DNA from: Candidatus Binatia bacterium | GTDB taxonomy: Bacteria > Desulfobacterota > Binatia > Bin18 | Direction of reading: 5' to 3' | DNA length: 64,000 nt | Assembly (NCBI GenBank): GCA_963422435.1 | Contig: OY729511.1 | Location: 244,208 to 308,207 of the forward strand | The notes under the pieces: model-generated | Told to the model about the DNA's origin: nothing | Database searches by the model: none | What the model saw: the letters and a program-made list of their open reading frames with translations, nothing else | Shown here: positions 41,621 through 52,840 of the stretch, in pieces | Layout: each line of letters opens with the position of its first letter | How positions within the stretch are numbered: the stretch's first letter is position 1 | Position numbers and translations under genes: made by a program

Positions 41621-42034
41621 TCAGAGCCCAGACCGCGGTTCGACATTGGCCCAAATCCAGTCCACAATTTCTTGGGTACTAGCTCCGGGGGTAAACACTT
41701 TTTTCACGCCGACTTGCATCAGTCCGGGCATATCGTCTTCCGGGACGATCCCCCCACCAAAAACCGTGACATCCTCGGCTCCCCGTTCTTTGAGCGCCCC
41801 CAGAATAGCCGGGAATAGGGTCATATGCGCCCCGGAAAGAATGCTTAACCCAACGGCGTCCACGTCTTCCTGCACGGCGGCCTCGGCGATCATTTCCGGC
41901 GTCTGATGTAAGCCGGTATAGATTACCTCAAAGCCAGCGTCCCTGAGCGCGCGGGCGATAATCTTTGCGCCGCGGTCATGACCATCGAGTCCAGCTTTTG
42001 CAACCAGGATGCGGAGTATTTTTTCTTCGGACAC
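41621..42034 (-). CDS. Acyl-CoA mutase cobalamin-binding small subunit
   Basis: GLDGHDRG B12 motif, SILSGAH, FGGG. Confidence 0.95.
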   Translation of the reverse strand: MSEEKILRILVAKAGLDGHDRGAKIIARALRDAGFEVIYTGLHQTPEMIAEAAVQEDVDAVGLSILSGAHMTLFPAILGALKERGAEDVTVFGGGIVPEDDMPGLMQVGVKKVFTPGASTQEIVDWIWANVEPRSGL

Positions 42035-42056
42035 ACCAACCTCCAAAAAAACTTCG

Positions 42057-43688
42057 TCACAGCCAGGCAGGATCCTGATAGACGCCAAACACCTCACGAT
42101 AGACATCGGAGATTTCGCCCACCGTACAATACGCCTTGACGGCATCGATCAGGACTGGCATCAGGTTCTGTCCGTTACGCGCCGCGGCATGGACACGGCC
42201 CAGATGTTCTTCGGCCGTGGCCTTGTCACGCTCCTGTTTGACCTGCTTGACCTGGGCAATCTGGCCCCGCTCCACTTCCGGATCGATCTTGAGGATTTCC
42301 AGCGGTCGTTCTTCTTCAACCGCGTGCGAATTCACCCCAACAATGACCTTCTCCTTGGCATCCAGCTGTTGCTGATAGCGATAGGCCGCGTCGGCTATTT
42401 CCTTTTGCGGAAAGCCGATATTGATCGCGCGGATAATACCGCCGAGTTCGTCTATCCGGTCGATATAGGCGAACGCCTCCTTCTCCATCCGGTCCGTCAG
42501 GGCTTCGATGGCCCAACTGCCGCCCAGCGGATCGACGAAATTTGTGACTCCGCTCTCTTCCGCAATAATTTGCTGGGTCCGCAGCGCGACCGTGACCGAC
42601 TCTTCAGTCGGGAGGGCCAGGGTCTCGTCCATGGAATTGGTATGCAGAGACTGGGTGCCACCCAGGACACCCGCCAGGGCCTGAATCGCCACCCGCACGA
42701 CGTTATTGACCGGTTGCTGAGCCGTCAGGCTGACACCAGCCGTCTGGCAATGCGTCCGCAGCAGCAGCGAGCGGGGATTCTTTGCGCCAAAGCGCTCCTT
42801 CATGATCTTGGCCCACATCCGGCGAGCCGCTCGCAGTTTGGCAATTTCTTCAAAAAAGTCGTTGTGGACATCAAAGAAAAAAGATAGCCGCGGGGCAAAC
42901 TCGTCAACATCGAGCCCGCGTTCCACCCCAGCTTGGACATAGCCAATGCCGTCGGCCAGGGTGAAGGCCAATTCCTGTACCGCGGTCGAGCCGGCTTCGC
43001 GGATGTGATAGCCCGAAATCGAGACGGCGTGCCAGCGCGGCACCTCCTTGGCACAGAATTCAATCATATCGGTGACAACACGGACGGCTGGTTCGGGCGG
43101 GCAGATCCACTCTTTCTGGGCGATATACTCCTTGAGCATATCGTTCTGGATCGTCCCGCTGATCTGACTGCGCGGGATGCCCTGTTTATCGGCAACCGCA
43201 ATATACATGGCGAGTAAAACACTGGCCGTGCAGTTCACCGTCATCGAGGTGGAGACTGTATCGAGCGGAATGTCCTGGAACAGGCGCTCCATATCTTTTA
43301 TGGTCGAGACCGACACGCCTTCACGACCAACCTCGCCCAATGAGCGCGGATGATCCGCGTCATAGCCCATCAGCACCGGCATATCAAAGGCGGTTGACAG
43401 ACCGGTTTGGCCCTCGGACAACAGCAGCTTAAAGCGTTGATTCGTATCCTCGGGCGTCCCAAACCCGGCGAATTGCCGCATGGTCCAGTAGCGGCCCCGA
43501 TACATGCTCGGGTAGACCCCGCGGGTGTAAGGGTATTCCCCTGGATAGCCTATCCCTTCGAGGTTGGAGCCGTTGAGGTCGTCCGGCGTATAGACGGGCT
43601 CAATCTCCATATCGGAGATGGTCGAAAATCGCTGCGAACGTTCCTCCTGTTGAGGATATTTCTCATGCAACCACTCTTGCTTATTCAT
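42057..43688 (-). CDS. icmA: Acyl-CoA mutase large subunit, isobutyryl-CoA mutase type
   Basis: [15 protein letters not shown] (Phe), KEYIAQKE (Gln), [15 protein letters not shown]. Confidence 0.8.
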   Translation of the reverse strand: MNKQEWLHEKYPQQEERSQRFSTISDMEIEPVYTPDDLNGSNLEGIGYPGEYPYTRGVYPSMYRGRYWTMRQFAGFGTPEDTNQRFKLLLSEGQTGLSTAFDMPVLMGYDADHPRSLGEVGREGVSVSTIKDMERLFQDIPLDTVSTSMTVNCTASVLLAMYIAVADKQGIPRSQISGTIQNDMLKEYIAQKEWICPPEPAVRVVTDMIEFCAKEVPRWHAVSISGYHIREAGSTAVQELAFTLADGIGYVQAGVERGLDVDEFAPRLSFFFDVHNDFFEEIAKLRAARRMWAKIMKERFGAKNPRSLLLRTHCQTAGVSLTAQQPVNNVVRVAIQALAGVLGGTQSLHTNSMDETLALPTEESVTVALRTQQIIAEESGVTNFVDPLGGSWAIEALTDRMEKEAFAYIDRIDELGGIIRAINIGFPQKEIADAAYRYQQQLDAKEKVIVGVNSHAVEEERPLEILKIDPEVERGQIAQVKQVKQERDKATAEEHLGRVHAAARNGQNLMPVLIDAVKAYCTVGEISDVYREVFGVYQDPAWL

Positions 43689-43811
43689 GCTTCCTCCGAA
43701 AGAACCACCTGTCTCTTCAGCATATTCGCTGTACGTCCCAAGTCCTTTTGGGACCAACAAATTTTACGCTACATAGCACGACGAGCCCGCCCGGAATAGG
43801 GCGCGCGCGTC

Positions 43812-44594
43812 TTATTTTCCAGCAAACTTCGCCGCTCGTTTTTCAAGAAACGCAGCCATCCCTTCGGCCTTGTCCTGCGTCGCAAACGTAAACCCAAAAG
43901 CCTCCGTTTCAAAACGACAGCCATTGACAATATCCATATCAATACCGGCATTAATGGCCGCCTTTGCCTGCTGAACGGCAATAGGTGGTTTTGTTGCCAG
44001 CTTGTGGGCGAGGGTTTTTGCCTCATTCACACATTCGGCCACAGGGACGACGCGATTGGCCAAGCCGTAGCGAAGCGCGGCCGCGGCATCAATCATATCG
44101 CCAGAGTAGATCAGTTCTCGGGCCAGCGGCAACCCAATACGACGCGCCAGGCGCTGGGTGCCGCCAAAACCGGGAATGACCCCGAGGTTGATTTCGGGCT
44201 GACCGAACTTGGCCGTATCCGCAGCAATAATCATATCACAGGCCAGGGCGAGTTCTATGCCGCCCCCCAGGGCAAAGCCGTTGACCGCGGCAATTACGGG
44301 AATGGGCATCTCCTCAAGTGTCCGCGCCACGCGGAGTCCCAAGGACGCAAAGGTTTTTCCCTCCAAGGGGGACATCGACACCATCGCCGAGATATCCGCT
44401 CCGGCCACAAAAGCGCGGTCGCCCGCGCCGGTCATCACAAGACAGCGGAGCCCGGCATCCTGCTGGACCGCGGCCAGACAGTCCGCAATCTCATTCAGGG
44501 TGGCGGGATTCAGCGCATTCAGACTCTTGGGGCGATTGATGCTCAGGATGCCGATCTCCCCTTCTTTTTCAAACAGGATATTTTCATACGTCAT
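43812..44594 (-). CDS. Enoyl-CoA hydratase (crotonase)
   Basis: AFVAGADI, NGFALGGGIE, GQPEINLG, PGFGGTQRL. Confidence 0.93.
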   Translation of the reverse strand: MTYENILFEKEGEIGILSINRPKSLNALNPATLNEIADCLAAVQQDAGLRCLVMTGAGDRAFVAGADISAMVSMSPLEGKTFASLGLRVARTLEEMPIPVIAAVNGFALGGGIELALACDMIIAADTAKFGQPEINLGVIPGFGGTQRLARRIGLPLARELIYSGDMIDAAAALRYGLANRVVPVAECVNEAKTLAHKLATKPPIAVQQAKAAINAGIDMDIVNGCRFETEAFGFTFATQDKAEGMAAFLEKRAAKFAGK

Positions 44595-44595
44595 A

Positions 44596-45552
44596 TTAGT
44601 ACTCCGGCTGCTCCTCAAAGTAGTGAAACGTGTTGAGAAAGCGGATGGTCCGGCTCTTTGAGCGCATCACCACGGAATGCGACTCGCCCCCCCCGGGAAA
44701 AAACCGCACCCCGTGCAGATAGTTCCCGGTTGTCACCCCGGTTGCGGCAAAGACCATGCTGCCTCGGGCGAGTTCTTCGGCCGTATATTTTTTCCGAATA
44801 TCGTCCACTCCACTCTCGCGCAGTTGTTCAAATTCCGCCGCATTCCCCGGCTGGAAGCGGGCCTGAATCTCCCCGCCCAAACACCGCAGGGCCGCCGCGG
44901 CGAGAATACCCTGTGAGGCGCGGCCCGTCCCAACCAGCAGGTCAATCCCGGACTCCTCCCGCGTGGTGGCTAAAGCCGCCGACAAGTCCCCATCACTGAT
45001 CAGGGTGATATGGACGTCGATGTCACGCAGTTCGCGCAGCAGCTTGGCATGGCGCGGCCGGTCAAGCATGACCACCCCCAGGTTTTGCGGTTTGACCCCT
45101 TTCACTGCTGCGAGGGCGGCAAGATTGTCACCCATCGACTTATCCAGATCAATCACCCCTCGGCCCCGCGGTCCGACCGCAATTTTCTCCATGTACACAT
45201 CAGCGGGACAGCGGAGAAACCCCCCTTCTTCGGCAACGGCAATGGCCACAATCGCATTGGGCGCGCCGAGTGCGCAGGTGGTTGCCCCTTCAAGCGCATC
45301 GACCGCGACCTCAATGGTCGGGCCCGTCCCTGTCCCGAGCACTTCGTCGACGTACAGCATGGGCACCGAGTCTTCATCTCCCTCGCCGAGGACGAGGTGG
45401 CCCCTGAACTCGATATCAGGGAACAGCCGGTGCATGGCCTCCACAGCGGCAGCGTCGGCAACGGCTTCATCTCCCCGCCCCATATGGGCCGCGGCGGCTA
45501 AAGCCGCAGCTTCTGTCACCCGAACGAATTCAAGCGCGAGGTTTCGATCCAT
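44596..45552 (-). CDS. glpX: Class II fructose-1,6-bisphosphatase
   Basis: VRVTEAAALAA, GEGDED, DALEG, LDRPRH, FAATGVT. Confidence 0.93.
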   Translation of the reverse strand: MDRNLALEFVRVTEAAALAAAAHMGRGDEAVADAAAVEAMHRLFPDIEFRGHLVLGEGDEDSVPMLYVDEVLGTGTGPTIEVAVDALEGATTCALGAPNAIVAIAVAEEGGFLRCPADVYMEKIAVGPRGRGVIDLDKSMGDNLAALAAVKGVKPQNLGVVMLDRPRHAKLLRELRDIDVHITLISDGDLSAALATTREESGIDLLVGTGRASQGILAAAALRCLGGEIQARFQPGNAAEFEQLRESGVDDIRKKYTAEELARGSMVFAATGVTTGNYLHGVRFFPGGGESHSVVMRSKSRTIRFLNTFHYFEEQPEY

Positions 45553-45583
45553 GCGGAATCTCTTTGTTGCTCCCGATATCCAC

Positions 45584-46807
45584 TTACACTAAGGCCTGCA
45601 CTTGTCCGCGAATCACGTGCTCCATCAAACGCCAAGCCTCAGCCACAAGTATATTCGTCGCTCTGGCACACGGCTCGTTATAGCCCACAGCCGGAGACGC
45701 CGGCGTACGGTCATGAGACGAGAGCACAGCAAACGGCACGGGGTCGGACGAGTGGGTCTTGATCGCGACGGGCGTGGCGTGGTCGGGCATCAGCAGGATG
45801 GTCCACTCGGGAAAAGCAGTCAGACCATCCAGGATCGTCCCCACGACCTTCTCGTCGAAATCCTCAAGCGCTTGGACCTTTTTATCAGCCGCCCCCATAT
45901 GACCGGCTTCGTCCGTTGCCTCAATGTGCAGGAAGAGAAAATCCTTGTCACGCAGGGCGGCCAAACCATATTCGGCCTTGCCGAGATAATTCGTATCAAG
46001 AAAGCCGGTCGCGCCGGGCACCTGGATCACCTCAAGCCCGGCCAGGACGCCAATACCACGGACCAGATCAACTGCGGAAATGACCGAACCGCTGAGCCCG
46101 AAACGTTCGGCGATGGTCGGTACGGCAGGACGGCGGCCCTGTCCCCACAGCCAGATCGAGGAGACCGGCTTATGCCCCGCAGCCTGACGCCTGGCATTGA
46201 CGGGGTGCTCGGCACAAATCCCCTGAGCACGTTGCATCAGCGAGCACAGGAGGGCGCTGCCGTCTCCCTGGGGCCAATGTCCCTGGACGGCTTGCCCGGT
46301 AATATCGTGCGGTGGCGTGGTGTCCATCTTTTCCTTGCCGCCGTGCCAGACCAGCAGGTGTCGATAGCTTACGCCGGGATAAAAGGAAAACTCAGCGCTG
46401 CCCAACTCGTGCTGAAGCGTCTCAATCAACTCGGCCGCGTCCGCGCTGGGGATGTGGTCGGCCGCAAAATCAAGCATGATTTCGGCTCCATCGGCTGCCC
46501 GGCCCAGGGTCACCAGATTGCACCGAAACGCAATATCTTCCGGCCCCAGGTCCACCCCCATACTGGCCGCTTCAATGGGCGAGCGGCCGGTGTGGTATTG
46601 ACGCGGGTCGTAGCCGAGCAGACTCAGGGTCCCGACATCGCTGCCCGCGGGATAGCCCGCGGGAATCGTCTGGGTGAGGCCAAATATCCCGTGGGAGGCA
46701 ACATGGTCCATATGCGGTGTCCGCGCGTACTCAAGCGGCGTTTTCCCGCCGAGTTCGGCGACCGGCCAGTCCGCCATACCATCACCTTGGAGAACGATGT
46801 ATTTCAT
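45584..46807 (-). CDS. apgM: ApgM-type cofactor-independent phosphoglycerate mutase / proposed homoserine kinase
   Basis: GDGMAD, GSDVG, DEAGH, PDHATP, HSSDPVP. Confidence 0.88.
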   Translation of the reverse strand: MKYIVLQGDGMADWPVAELGGKTPLEYARTPHMDHVASHGIFGLTQTIPAGYPAGSDVGTLSLLGYDPRQYHTGRSPIEAASMGVDLGPEDIAFRCNLVTLGRAADGAEIMLDFAADHIPSADAAELIETLQHELGSAEFSFYPGVSYRHLLVWHGGKEKMDTTPPHDITGQAVQGHWPQGDGSALLCSLMQRAQGICAEHPVNARRQAAGHKPVSSIWLWGQGRRPAVPTIAERFGLSGSVISAVDLVRGIGVLAGLEVIQVPGATGFLDTNYLGKAEYGLAALRDKDFLFLHIEATDEAGHMGAADKKVQALEDFDEKVVGTILDGLTAFPEWTILLMPDHATPVAIKTHSSDPVPFAVLSSHDRTPASPAVGYNEPCARATNILVAEAWRLMEHVIRGQVQALV

Positions 46808-46812
46808 ACCTC

Positions 46813-48234
46813 TCACCCATCTAGGAATCCGTGAACAGGAGATGCCTGCCTGCGCTCAAGCGCGCCGAAAATTGCGGCCCGGGCACTATGATAATCGGCC
46901 GGCGATGCAATCGGCCTGTTGGCGGAATGCGCGGCCACCCCACGCAACCGTCCTTCGTGGTAGCGCCGCTTAAAGTCGGTAAACTTGAGCCCATGGGCAG
47001 TGGATATCACAACGACCCGTTCGTGTGACCGGAGCTGCCCGCTACGCGCCAGTTTCAGCAGGACGGCGAGCGCCACCCCGGTGTGCGGACAGTTGAACAG
47101 GCCGGTCAAGTCCGCCAGTGCCGACGCTTCGGCCAGCTCTTCTTCGCTGGCCTGCTCAACAATGCTATCGAAGGTCTGGAGGACCCGAATGGCTTTCTGC
47201 ACACTGACCGGGTTCCCGATCTGAATGGCTGACGCCAGGGTTTTTTTGGCTTTGACTGGGCGATATTTTTCAAAGCCGGTGATAAAACTCTTGTATAATG
47301 GATTGGCGCGTTCGGCCTGGGCACAGACGAGACGGGGCAGGCGGTCAATCAGCCCAAGTTCCTGCATGAGCAGGAATCCTCGTCCGATTGCCGTGACGTT
47401 GCCCAGATTCCCGCCAGGGACGATCACCACATCGGGGACTTCCCAGTCAAACTGCTGAACAATCTCAATCGCAATGGTCTTCTGCCCCTCAAGCCGCAGA
47501 CTGTTCATCGAATTGGCCAGATAGATGTTTTCTTTTGTACACAGCTCGCGCACAACCCGCATACAGCCGTCAAAATCGGTATCGAGCGACAAGGTCAGCG
47601 CCCCGTTTGCCATGGGCTGAATGAGTTGGGCCGTAGACACCCGATTACGGGGCAGAATCACAATAGCCGGGATGCCGGCCGCAGCGCAGTAGGCGGCCAG
47701 GGCGGCTGACGTATCGCCGGTTGAGGCGCACGCAACTGCGGGAATGGACACGCCGTCGGCAATCATCTGCTTCACCATGGAGACGAGCACGGTCATGCCC
47801 AGGTCCTTGAATGACCCGGTATGGGAGTTGCCACACTGTTTGACCCACAGATCGTCAAGACCGATGTGGCGTCCGAGTCGCTCGGCCCAGAACAGATTGG
47901 TGCCGCCCTCATAGGTGGAAACAATGTTCGCGTCGTCAATAGTCGGACACACCATTTCTTTCTTGCCCCACACCCCACTGCCATAGGGGTAGAGTGTCCG
48001 CCGATAGCGCTCGTCAAACAAATGTCGCCATTCTTGGGGCGTTCGCGTCTTGAGCGCGGCGATATCGTGCTGGACATCTAATAGCCTGCCGCAGGTCGGG
48101 CAGTAATACAGGATCTCGTTGAGCGGGTGTTCACCGGGGCAGCCCGCCGCACAGCCGAACCAGGCCCGAAACGGAGACGGGTTCGGGGCCGTCAGCGGAA
48201 GAGCAGGAACGTCTGTCATCGCGCCGTGTGTCAT
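46813..48234 (-). CDS. thrC: Threonine synthase
   Basis: [34 protein letters not shown]. Confidence 0.95.
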   Translation of the reverse strand: MTHGAMTDVPALPLTAPNPSPFRAWFGCAAGCPGEHPLNEILYYCPTCGRLLDVQHDIAALKTRTPQEWRHLFDERYRRTLYPYGSGVWGKKEMVCPTIDDANIVSTYEGGTNLFWAERLGRHIGLDDLWVKQCGNSHTGSFKDLGMTVLVSMVKQMIADGVSIPAVACASTGDTSAALAAYCAAAGIPAIVILPRNRVSTAQLIQPMANGALTLSLDTDFDGCMRVVRELCTKENIYLANSMNSLRLEGQKTIAIEIVQQFDWEVPDVVIVPGGNLGNVTAIGRGFLLMQELGLIDRLPRLVCAQAERANPLYKSFITGFEKYRPVKAKKTLASAIQIGNPVSVQKAIRVLQTFDSIVEQASEEELAEASALADLTGLFNCPHTGVALAVLLKLARSGQLRSHERVVVISTAHGLKFTDFKRRYHEGRLRGVAAHSANRPIASPADYHSARAAIFGALERRQASPVHGFLDG

Positions 48235-48273
48235 ACCGGTCTCTGACCGCCTCTTGCCATCCGGGCCGTTGCG

Positions 48274-49593
48274 TTAGCCAAGACTCTCCTCAATGCGGAC
48301 ATACACGGACTTGCCATACACGATAGGCAACCGATCGACTAATGTCATCGCCGTCTTCAAATTCCGTTCAGGTGCGGCATGCGTCCGCATGACCAGGGGC
48401 ACGGTATTATCGCCTTCGCTCCGCCCGCGCTGAATCACCGAGGCAATGCTGATGTCCTGGTCGCCTAAAATCCCGCTGATCTGGGTCAGCACCCCAGGAC
48501 GGTCAACGGCCATGAAACGCAGATAATACTCGCTTACCAGCTCATCCATGGGCCGGACCGCGGCCGGCTTCAGCTCCGTCCAGGCACAGCCCAGCGGTGG
48601 CTGGGGCTGTTGCTGCTTCGTCTGCGCCCGCGCGCTCTCAACCACGTCAGACAAGACTGCCACCGCGGTCGGCAAACTGCCCGCTCCCTGTCCGAATTGG
48701 AGGGACGAGCCGAGGGCTTCGCCTTGCGTAAAGATGGCATTATACGCGCCGCCCACACCTGCCAGCAGACTGTCCAGCGGGATCATGGTCGGATGGACCC
48801 GGGCTTCCAGCACACCGGACTCTTCCTTGGCAATCGCCAACAGCTTGAGCGCATAGCCGAACTCGCGCGCAAAGGCGATATCGATCTGATCGAGTTGCCG
48901 AATCCCTTCGGTGTAGACGGCATCGACCGGCACCCGCACGCCAAAGGCGAGCATAATGAGCAGCGTCAGCTTCTGAGCGGCGTCAATGCCATCGACATCC
49001 ATACGGGGGTCGGCTTCCGCCAAGCCCAACTCCTGGGCGCGGTGCAGGACGGGCGTAAACTCGGCGCCGTCCTCACTCATCCTCGCCAGGATGTAATTAC
49101 AGGTGCCGTTCACAATCCCGAACAGCGCCTTGTTACGGTCGGCGACAAAGCCTTCCCGCAGCGTCCGAATAACCGGAATGCCGCCGGCCACGCTGGCCTC
49201 AAACCCCAAGCGCACCCCCTGCGCTTCCGCCGCGGCAAACACCTCGTCGCCGTGGAGGGCCAGCAGGGCTTTGTTGGCCGTCACCACGGCTTTGCCCCGC
49301 GCCATCGCTTCCAGAACCAGAGCCCGAGCGGGGTCGGTTCCGCCAATGAGTTCCAGAACAATATCGACCTCGGCATCATGCACGACGCTCCACGGGTCGG
49401 CCGATACACGCACACCGGGGAGCGGCGGATGCGGCTTTGCGGCGATGCTCCGACTCGCAACGTGGACGAGTTGCAGGGGAACTCCTATTTTTCGCGCAAA
49501 CGCATCGCGCTGCCGGTCCAGGAGGTGGACCACGCCGGAACCAACCGTCCCCAGGCCAATGAGACCAAGCTTGACTCCCTCCCTCGCCATCAT
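48274..49593 (-). CDS. hom: Homoserine dehydrogenase with ACT domain
   Basis: [32 protein letters not shown]. Confidence 0.96.
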   Translation of the reverse strand: MMAREGVKLGLIGLGTVGSGVVHLLDRQRDAFARKIGVPLQLVHVASRSIAAKPHPPLPGVRVSADPWSVVHDAEVDIVLELIGGTDPARALVLEAMARGKAVVTANKALLALHGDEVFAAAEAQGVRLGFEASVAGGIPVIRTLREGFVADRNKALFGIVNGTCNYILARMSEDGAEFTPVLHRAQELGLAEADPRMDVDGIDAAQKLTLLIMLAFGVRVPVDAVYTEGIRQLDQIDIAFAREFGYALKLLAIAKEESGVLEARVHPTMIPLDSLLAGVGGAYNAIFTQGEALGSSLQFGQGAGSLPTAVAVLSDVVESARAQTKQQQPQPPLGCAWTELKPAAVRPMDELVSEYYLRFMAVDRPGVLTQISGILGDQDISIASVIQRGRSEGDNTVPLVMRTHAAPERNLKTAMTLVDRLPIVYGKSVYVRIEESLG

Positions 49594-50852
49594 ACCGCTC
49601 GAAGCTTTTTCCCCGCCGGCCCGGCCGGTCCTGCGCCTGTCCTGAGCGGAGTCGAAGGGCCCAGTCGAGGGGCCGGAGCACTGACGCTGCCAAAGGCTCT
49701 ACGGATACCGCGGACCGCCTGTCGGGTCCGATGCTCATTCTCGATCAATGCAAAGCGAACGTAGTCTTCCCCATACGGCCCAAAACCGATTCCCGGGGAC
49801 ACCGCGACCTTGGCTTCCGTCAGGAGAAATTCCGCAAAAGCCATGGAGCCCATGACCCGTAGCGGCTCCGGGATGTGCGCCCAGACAAACATCGTGCCTT
49901 TGGGTTTGGGGATAGGCCAGCCCACCCGCTCCAGGCCGTCAATCAGGACATCGCGGCGAAGACGATAGCGCTGGCGCATGTCTTCCACGCAGTCCTGGGG
50001 GCCGTTCAAGGCCTGAATCGCGGCGATTTGAATGGGCTGAAAAATACCGTAGTCAAAATAGCTTTTGAGCCGGCCCAGGGCCATGATCGCCTCGGGATTA
50101 CCGCAGGCAAAGCCCACCCGCCAGCCCGGCATATCGTAGGATTTCGACAGGGTAAAGAACTCGACCCCAATCTCTTTTGCGCCCGGCACCTGAAGAAAGC
50201 TCGGCGGCGTATAGCCGTCAAAAAAGAGGTCGGCATAGGCAAAGTCGTGAATGACAAACAATTTATGCTCACGGGCAAATTCCACGACGCGCGTAAAAAA
50301 CTCAAGGTCCACAACGGCCGTTGTCGGATTATGCGGGAAGCACAGCAGCAAGACCTTGGGCCGCGGCCAGCACTGCTGAACCGTTTCCTGAAGGGAGGTA
50401 AAGAAATCTTCCCCCGGTCGGAGCGGAACGACCCGCAAATCGGCATTGGCCATCACAATCGAATACTGATGGATGGGATAGGTCGGACTCGGGCAGATGG
50501 CCACGTCACCCGGACCGAGAATCGACAGCGCCAAATGGGATAAGCCTTCTTTCGAGCCGATGGTCACAATGGACTCGGACTCGGGATCAAGCTCTACCTC
50601 AAAGCGGCGTTTATACCACTCACAGATCGCCAGGCGCAGTTTGTACAGCCCGCGGGAGGTTGAATAGCGATGATTCTGCGGCTTGGTCGCGGCCTCAACC
50701 AGCTTGTCCACCACATGCTGCGGAGAGGGATGGTCGGGATTGCCCATCCCAAAATCAATAATATCCTCCCCCGCCCAGCGGGCCTCCATTTTCATCGTGT
50801 CCAGGGTGGCAAACAGATAGGGCGGAAGCCGTTTAATACGTGGGAATTCCAT
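49590..50852 (-). CDS. Class I/II PLP aminotransferase (AlaC-like)
   Basis: [35 protein letters not shown]. Confidence 0.9.
   Translation of the reverse strand: MEFPRIKRLPPYLFATLDTMKMEARWAGEDIIDFGMGNPDHPSPQHVVDKLVEAATKPQNHRYSTSRGLYKLRLAICEWYKRRFEVELDPESESIVTIGSKEGLSHLALSILGPGDVAICPSPTYPIHQYSIVMANADLRVVPLRPGEDFFTSLQETVQQCWPRPKVLLLCFPHNPTTAVVDLEFFTRVVEFAREHKLFVIHDFAYADLFFDGYTPPSFLQVPGAKEIGVEFFTLSKSYDMPGWRVGFACGNPEAIMALGRLKSYFDYGIFQPIQIAAIQALNGPQDCVEDMRQRYRLRRDVLIDGLERVGWPIPKPKGTMFVWAHIPEPLRVMGSMAFAEFLLTEAKVAVSPGIGFGPYGEDYVRFALIENEHRTRQAVRGIRRAFGSVSAPAPRLGPSTPLRTGAGPAGPAGKKLRAV
49624..49671 (+). repeat. Two nested copies of the 24-bp mini-element
   Basis: gccggtcctgc[gcctgtcctgagcggagtcgaagg]gcccagtcgaggg; inner copy 49635-49658. 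Confidence 0.78.
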
Positions 50853-50954
50853 GCTGCCTCACCTCTGAGGAGACAGGCGGTTCAGCCCATCTCCGGCAGG
50901 GTCTCCATTACTGCTAAGGATATAGGGGATTTACTGAAACCGGTCAAACCTCTG

Positions 50955-51282
50955 GGGTTTGAGATTGCTATCTCCGTTCCTCCTGGTTGATTATCTCTCC
51001 TCCGTGGGGAAACGTTCTTCTGTCCACTTTCTGTGGCGTCCTACATTACGTGCCCCGGACGATGAGTTCGTTCTTGAGTTGACAGTGGCAGCCGGATGTG
51101 AAGCCATCGTCACTCACAACATCCGCGATTTTGCTCAAGCACAGCGCTTTGTAGCGGAGAAAATGTCCACGCTGCTCACCGAGGAATACCTGGAGGAGCG
51201 CGCCCGACGGGCAGACCCCGCTGCGGTTGATCGAATTTTAGCGCAGGCGCCGGATGTGCCTCCGGTCCCGGGGGATGAATGA
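50955..51282 (+). pseudogene. Degraded PIN-domain toxin fused to an antitoxin C-terminus
   Basis: FEIAISVP (other frame), then FLWRPTLRAPDDEFVLEL...IVTHNIRDF (PIN) joined to VAEKMSTLLTEEYLEERARR...VPPVPGDE (antitoxin tail). Confidence 0.75.
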
Positions 51283-51301
51283 GTCCCGTCATAGATCAAT
51301 C

Positions 51302-51420
51302 TCTGCGTCCGGCTGCCCCGCGGCCAGGGCATTCAGCCAGGCCAAACACAAATCACGCGAGCGGGTGCGGCCAGAGGTGGCGGTTTCCTGGCGTTCGACA
51401 ATCGGGAAGGTCGAATAGAT
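51302..51420 (-). repeat. 119-bp direct repeat of the RM gene 3' end (partner 52854-52972)
   Basis: 111/119 identical by manual comparison; encodes alternative tail IYSTFPIVERQETATSGRTRSRDLCLAWLNALAAGQPDAEIDL* (stop at 51289). Confidence 0.95.
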
Positions 51421-51428
51421 AGGGCGCG

Positions 51429-52211
51429 TCACGCGGCTAAACGGTCGAGCTTCCGTTGAAGGTCGTCTCTCGCGTCAAGCGACGCGACCGCGGTATCGGC
51501 GATATTGGTCAATCGGGCAAGGTCAAGCCGGGGGATCTCCTGCTGATTTTCAAACACGATGACGGATTCAAAAGACAGCTCTTTAAGCAGGAAATGTGAG
51601 AGCATGATTGTTGTCAGTCGCGCCTTGTCGCGGTTCGGAACGCCATACAGGAACACCGGTATATCTTGCTTGCCCCGGAGACGGTAATCCACGGGATAGC
51701 TGTCGCCGTCCGGGATTTCAGGAGGAACATAGTCCGCTTCAATTTTATCCGTACCAACTATGGTGACAAGCAACGCCTTGAGGTCTTCATAAAATGTCGA
51801 GGCCACATGCGCCCGGCTCAGCATAGTCAAGTCGTACACCTTGGTTAACGCTTGGCCGAAGTTGAACAGGGCGTCGGCAAGGTGCTCCGGCGCGACCGCA
51901 ACGGAAAACACTCCATCCCGCTCCTCAATACCGGCCTCTCGCACCACCTGCTCCCGCAGAGCGGCGCGTGTGCCGGTGAAGAGTGCGTCCACATCGTGCT
52001 CATAGCTGATGTGCATCAACGTGTGACCCCGGTCACTCAAGATCACCCCGCCGGTTCGGGTCTCGGAGAGATAGACCGGGTAACGGTCTCCGTCAGGAAA
52101 AGTGAAAGGGGTGTCCAGCATGAGCACGCCATCGTCACGTGTGTGGACGCGGACCTGTGCGCACAGACCTTCACACAGCGTCTTTTCCAGCGACGTGCGA
52201 TCAAGCACCAT
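51429..52211 (-). CDS. DUF1828 (+DUF1829-like) domain protein
   Basis: TPFTFPDGD...ILSDRGHTL DUF1828 signature; C-terminal STFYED...YPVDY segment. Confidence 0.82.
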   Translation of the reverse strand: MVLDRTSLEKTLCEGLCAQVRVHTRDDGVLMLDTPFTFPDGDRYPVYLSETRTGGVILSDRGHTLMHISYEHDVDALFTGTRAALREQVVREAGIEERDGVFSVAVAPEHLADALFNFGQALTKVYDLTMLSRAHVASTFYEDLKALLVTIVGTDKIEADYVPPEIPDGDSYPVDYRLRGKQDIPVFLYGVPNRDKARLTTIMLSHFLLKELSFESVIVFENQQEIPRLDLARLTNIADTAVASLDARDDLQRKLDRLAA

Positions 52212-52665
52212 TGAACAATTGTCCTTGTTCTTCTGGAACGGGGAGCTCCTGGACACCACAATCCTTAATCAGACAGACAAGCGCACCCTCAAGGTTCTGA
52301 TACCGATCCGTCTTCTCGGCATAGCTGTCCACCCTCTTTCCCGCCGCTATGGCTTCGGCTGTGGCGCGATGAATATGACAGTCGTAACGAATATCCCCAT
52401 GCCGATGGCTGGAACCGTTGTAACGAATAAGACTAAGAGACTTCTCGCCCTCTCGTATCAAGGCGGGACCACACGAGAAGTCCTTCTCGTCGTTCATGTT
52501 CTGTCTTTGGTACAGCCGGTATCTGACGCCATCATTAGTTTTTGCGTCATAATTCCGTTGCCTGTGGCCGGGCTTTTCAACCCAGCGAGCGGCAGGATTC
52601 GTGACCCGTTTCAGACTGGAGCGAAGCTTGTCCAGGTCATCGTTTGAAAAACGTTGGTCAGTCAC
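52201..52665 (-). CDS. Hypothetical His-rich protein (DUF6978/DUF6516-like)
   Basis: LIRYNGSSHRH...CHIH motif; stop overlaps the DUF1828 start. Confidence 0.72.
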   Translation of the reverse strand: MTDQRFSNDDLDKLRSSLKRVTNPAARWVEKPGHRQRNYDAKTNDGVRYRLYQRQNMNDEKDFSCGPALIREGEKSLSLIRYNGSSHRHGDIRYDCHIHRATAEAIAAGKRVDSYAEKTDRYQNLEGALVCLIKDCGVQELPVPEEQGQLFNGA

Positions 52666-52840
52666 GACTGAATCTCTACGATTTTCAGATTCCCAAGATC
52701 AAACACCACATAGAGCAGAAATCCGCTCTCGGATTAATTTCTTTCCGGCGGTATGCGGCCAGACCGTCTTGTTTTTCTGACATATGAATTTTCTCCCGAA
52801 ATACAGGGGAACCAAAGTGAGTTCGCAATGCACCGCCCCC

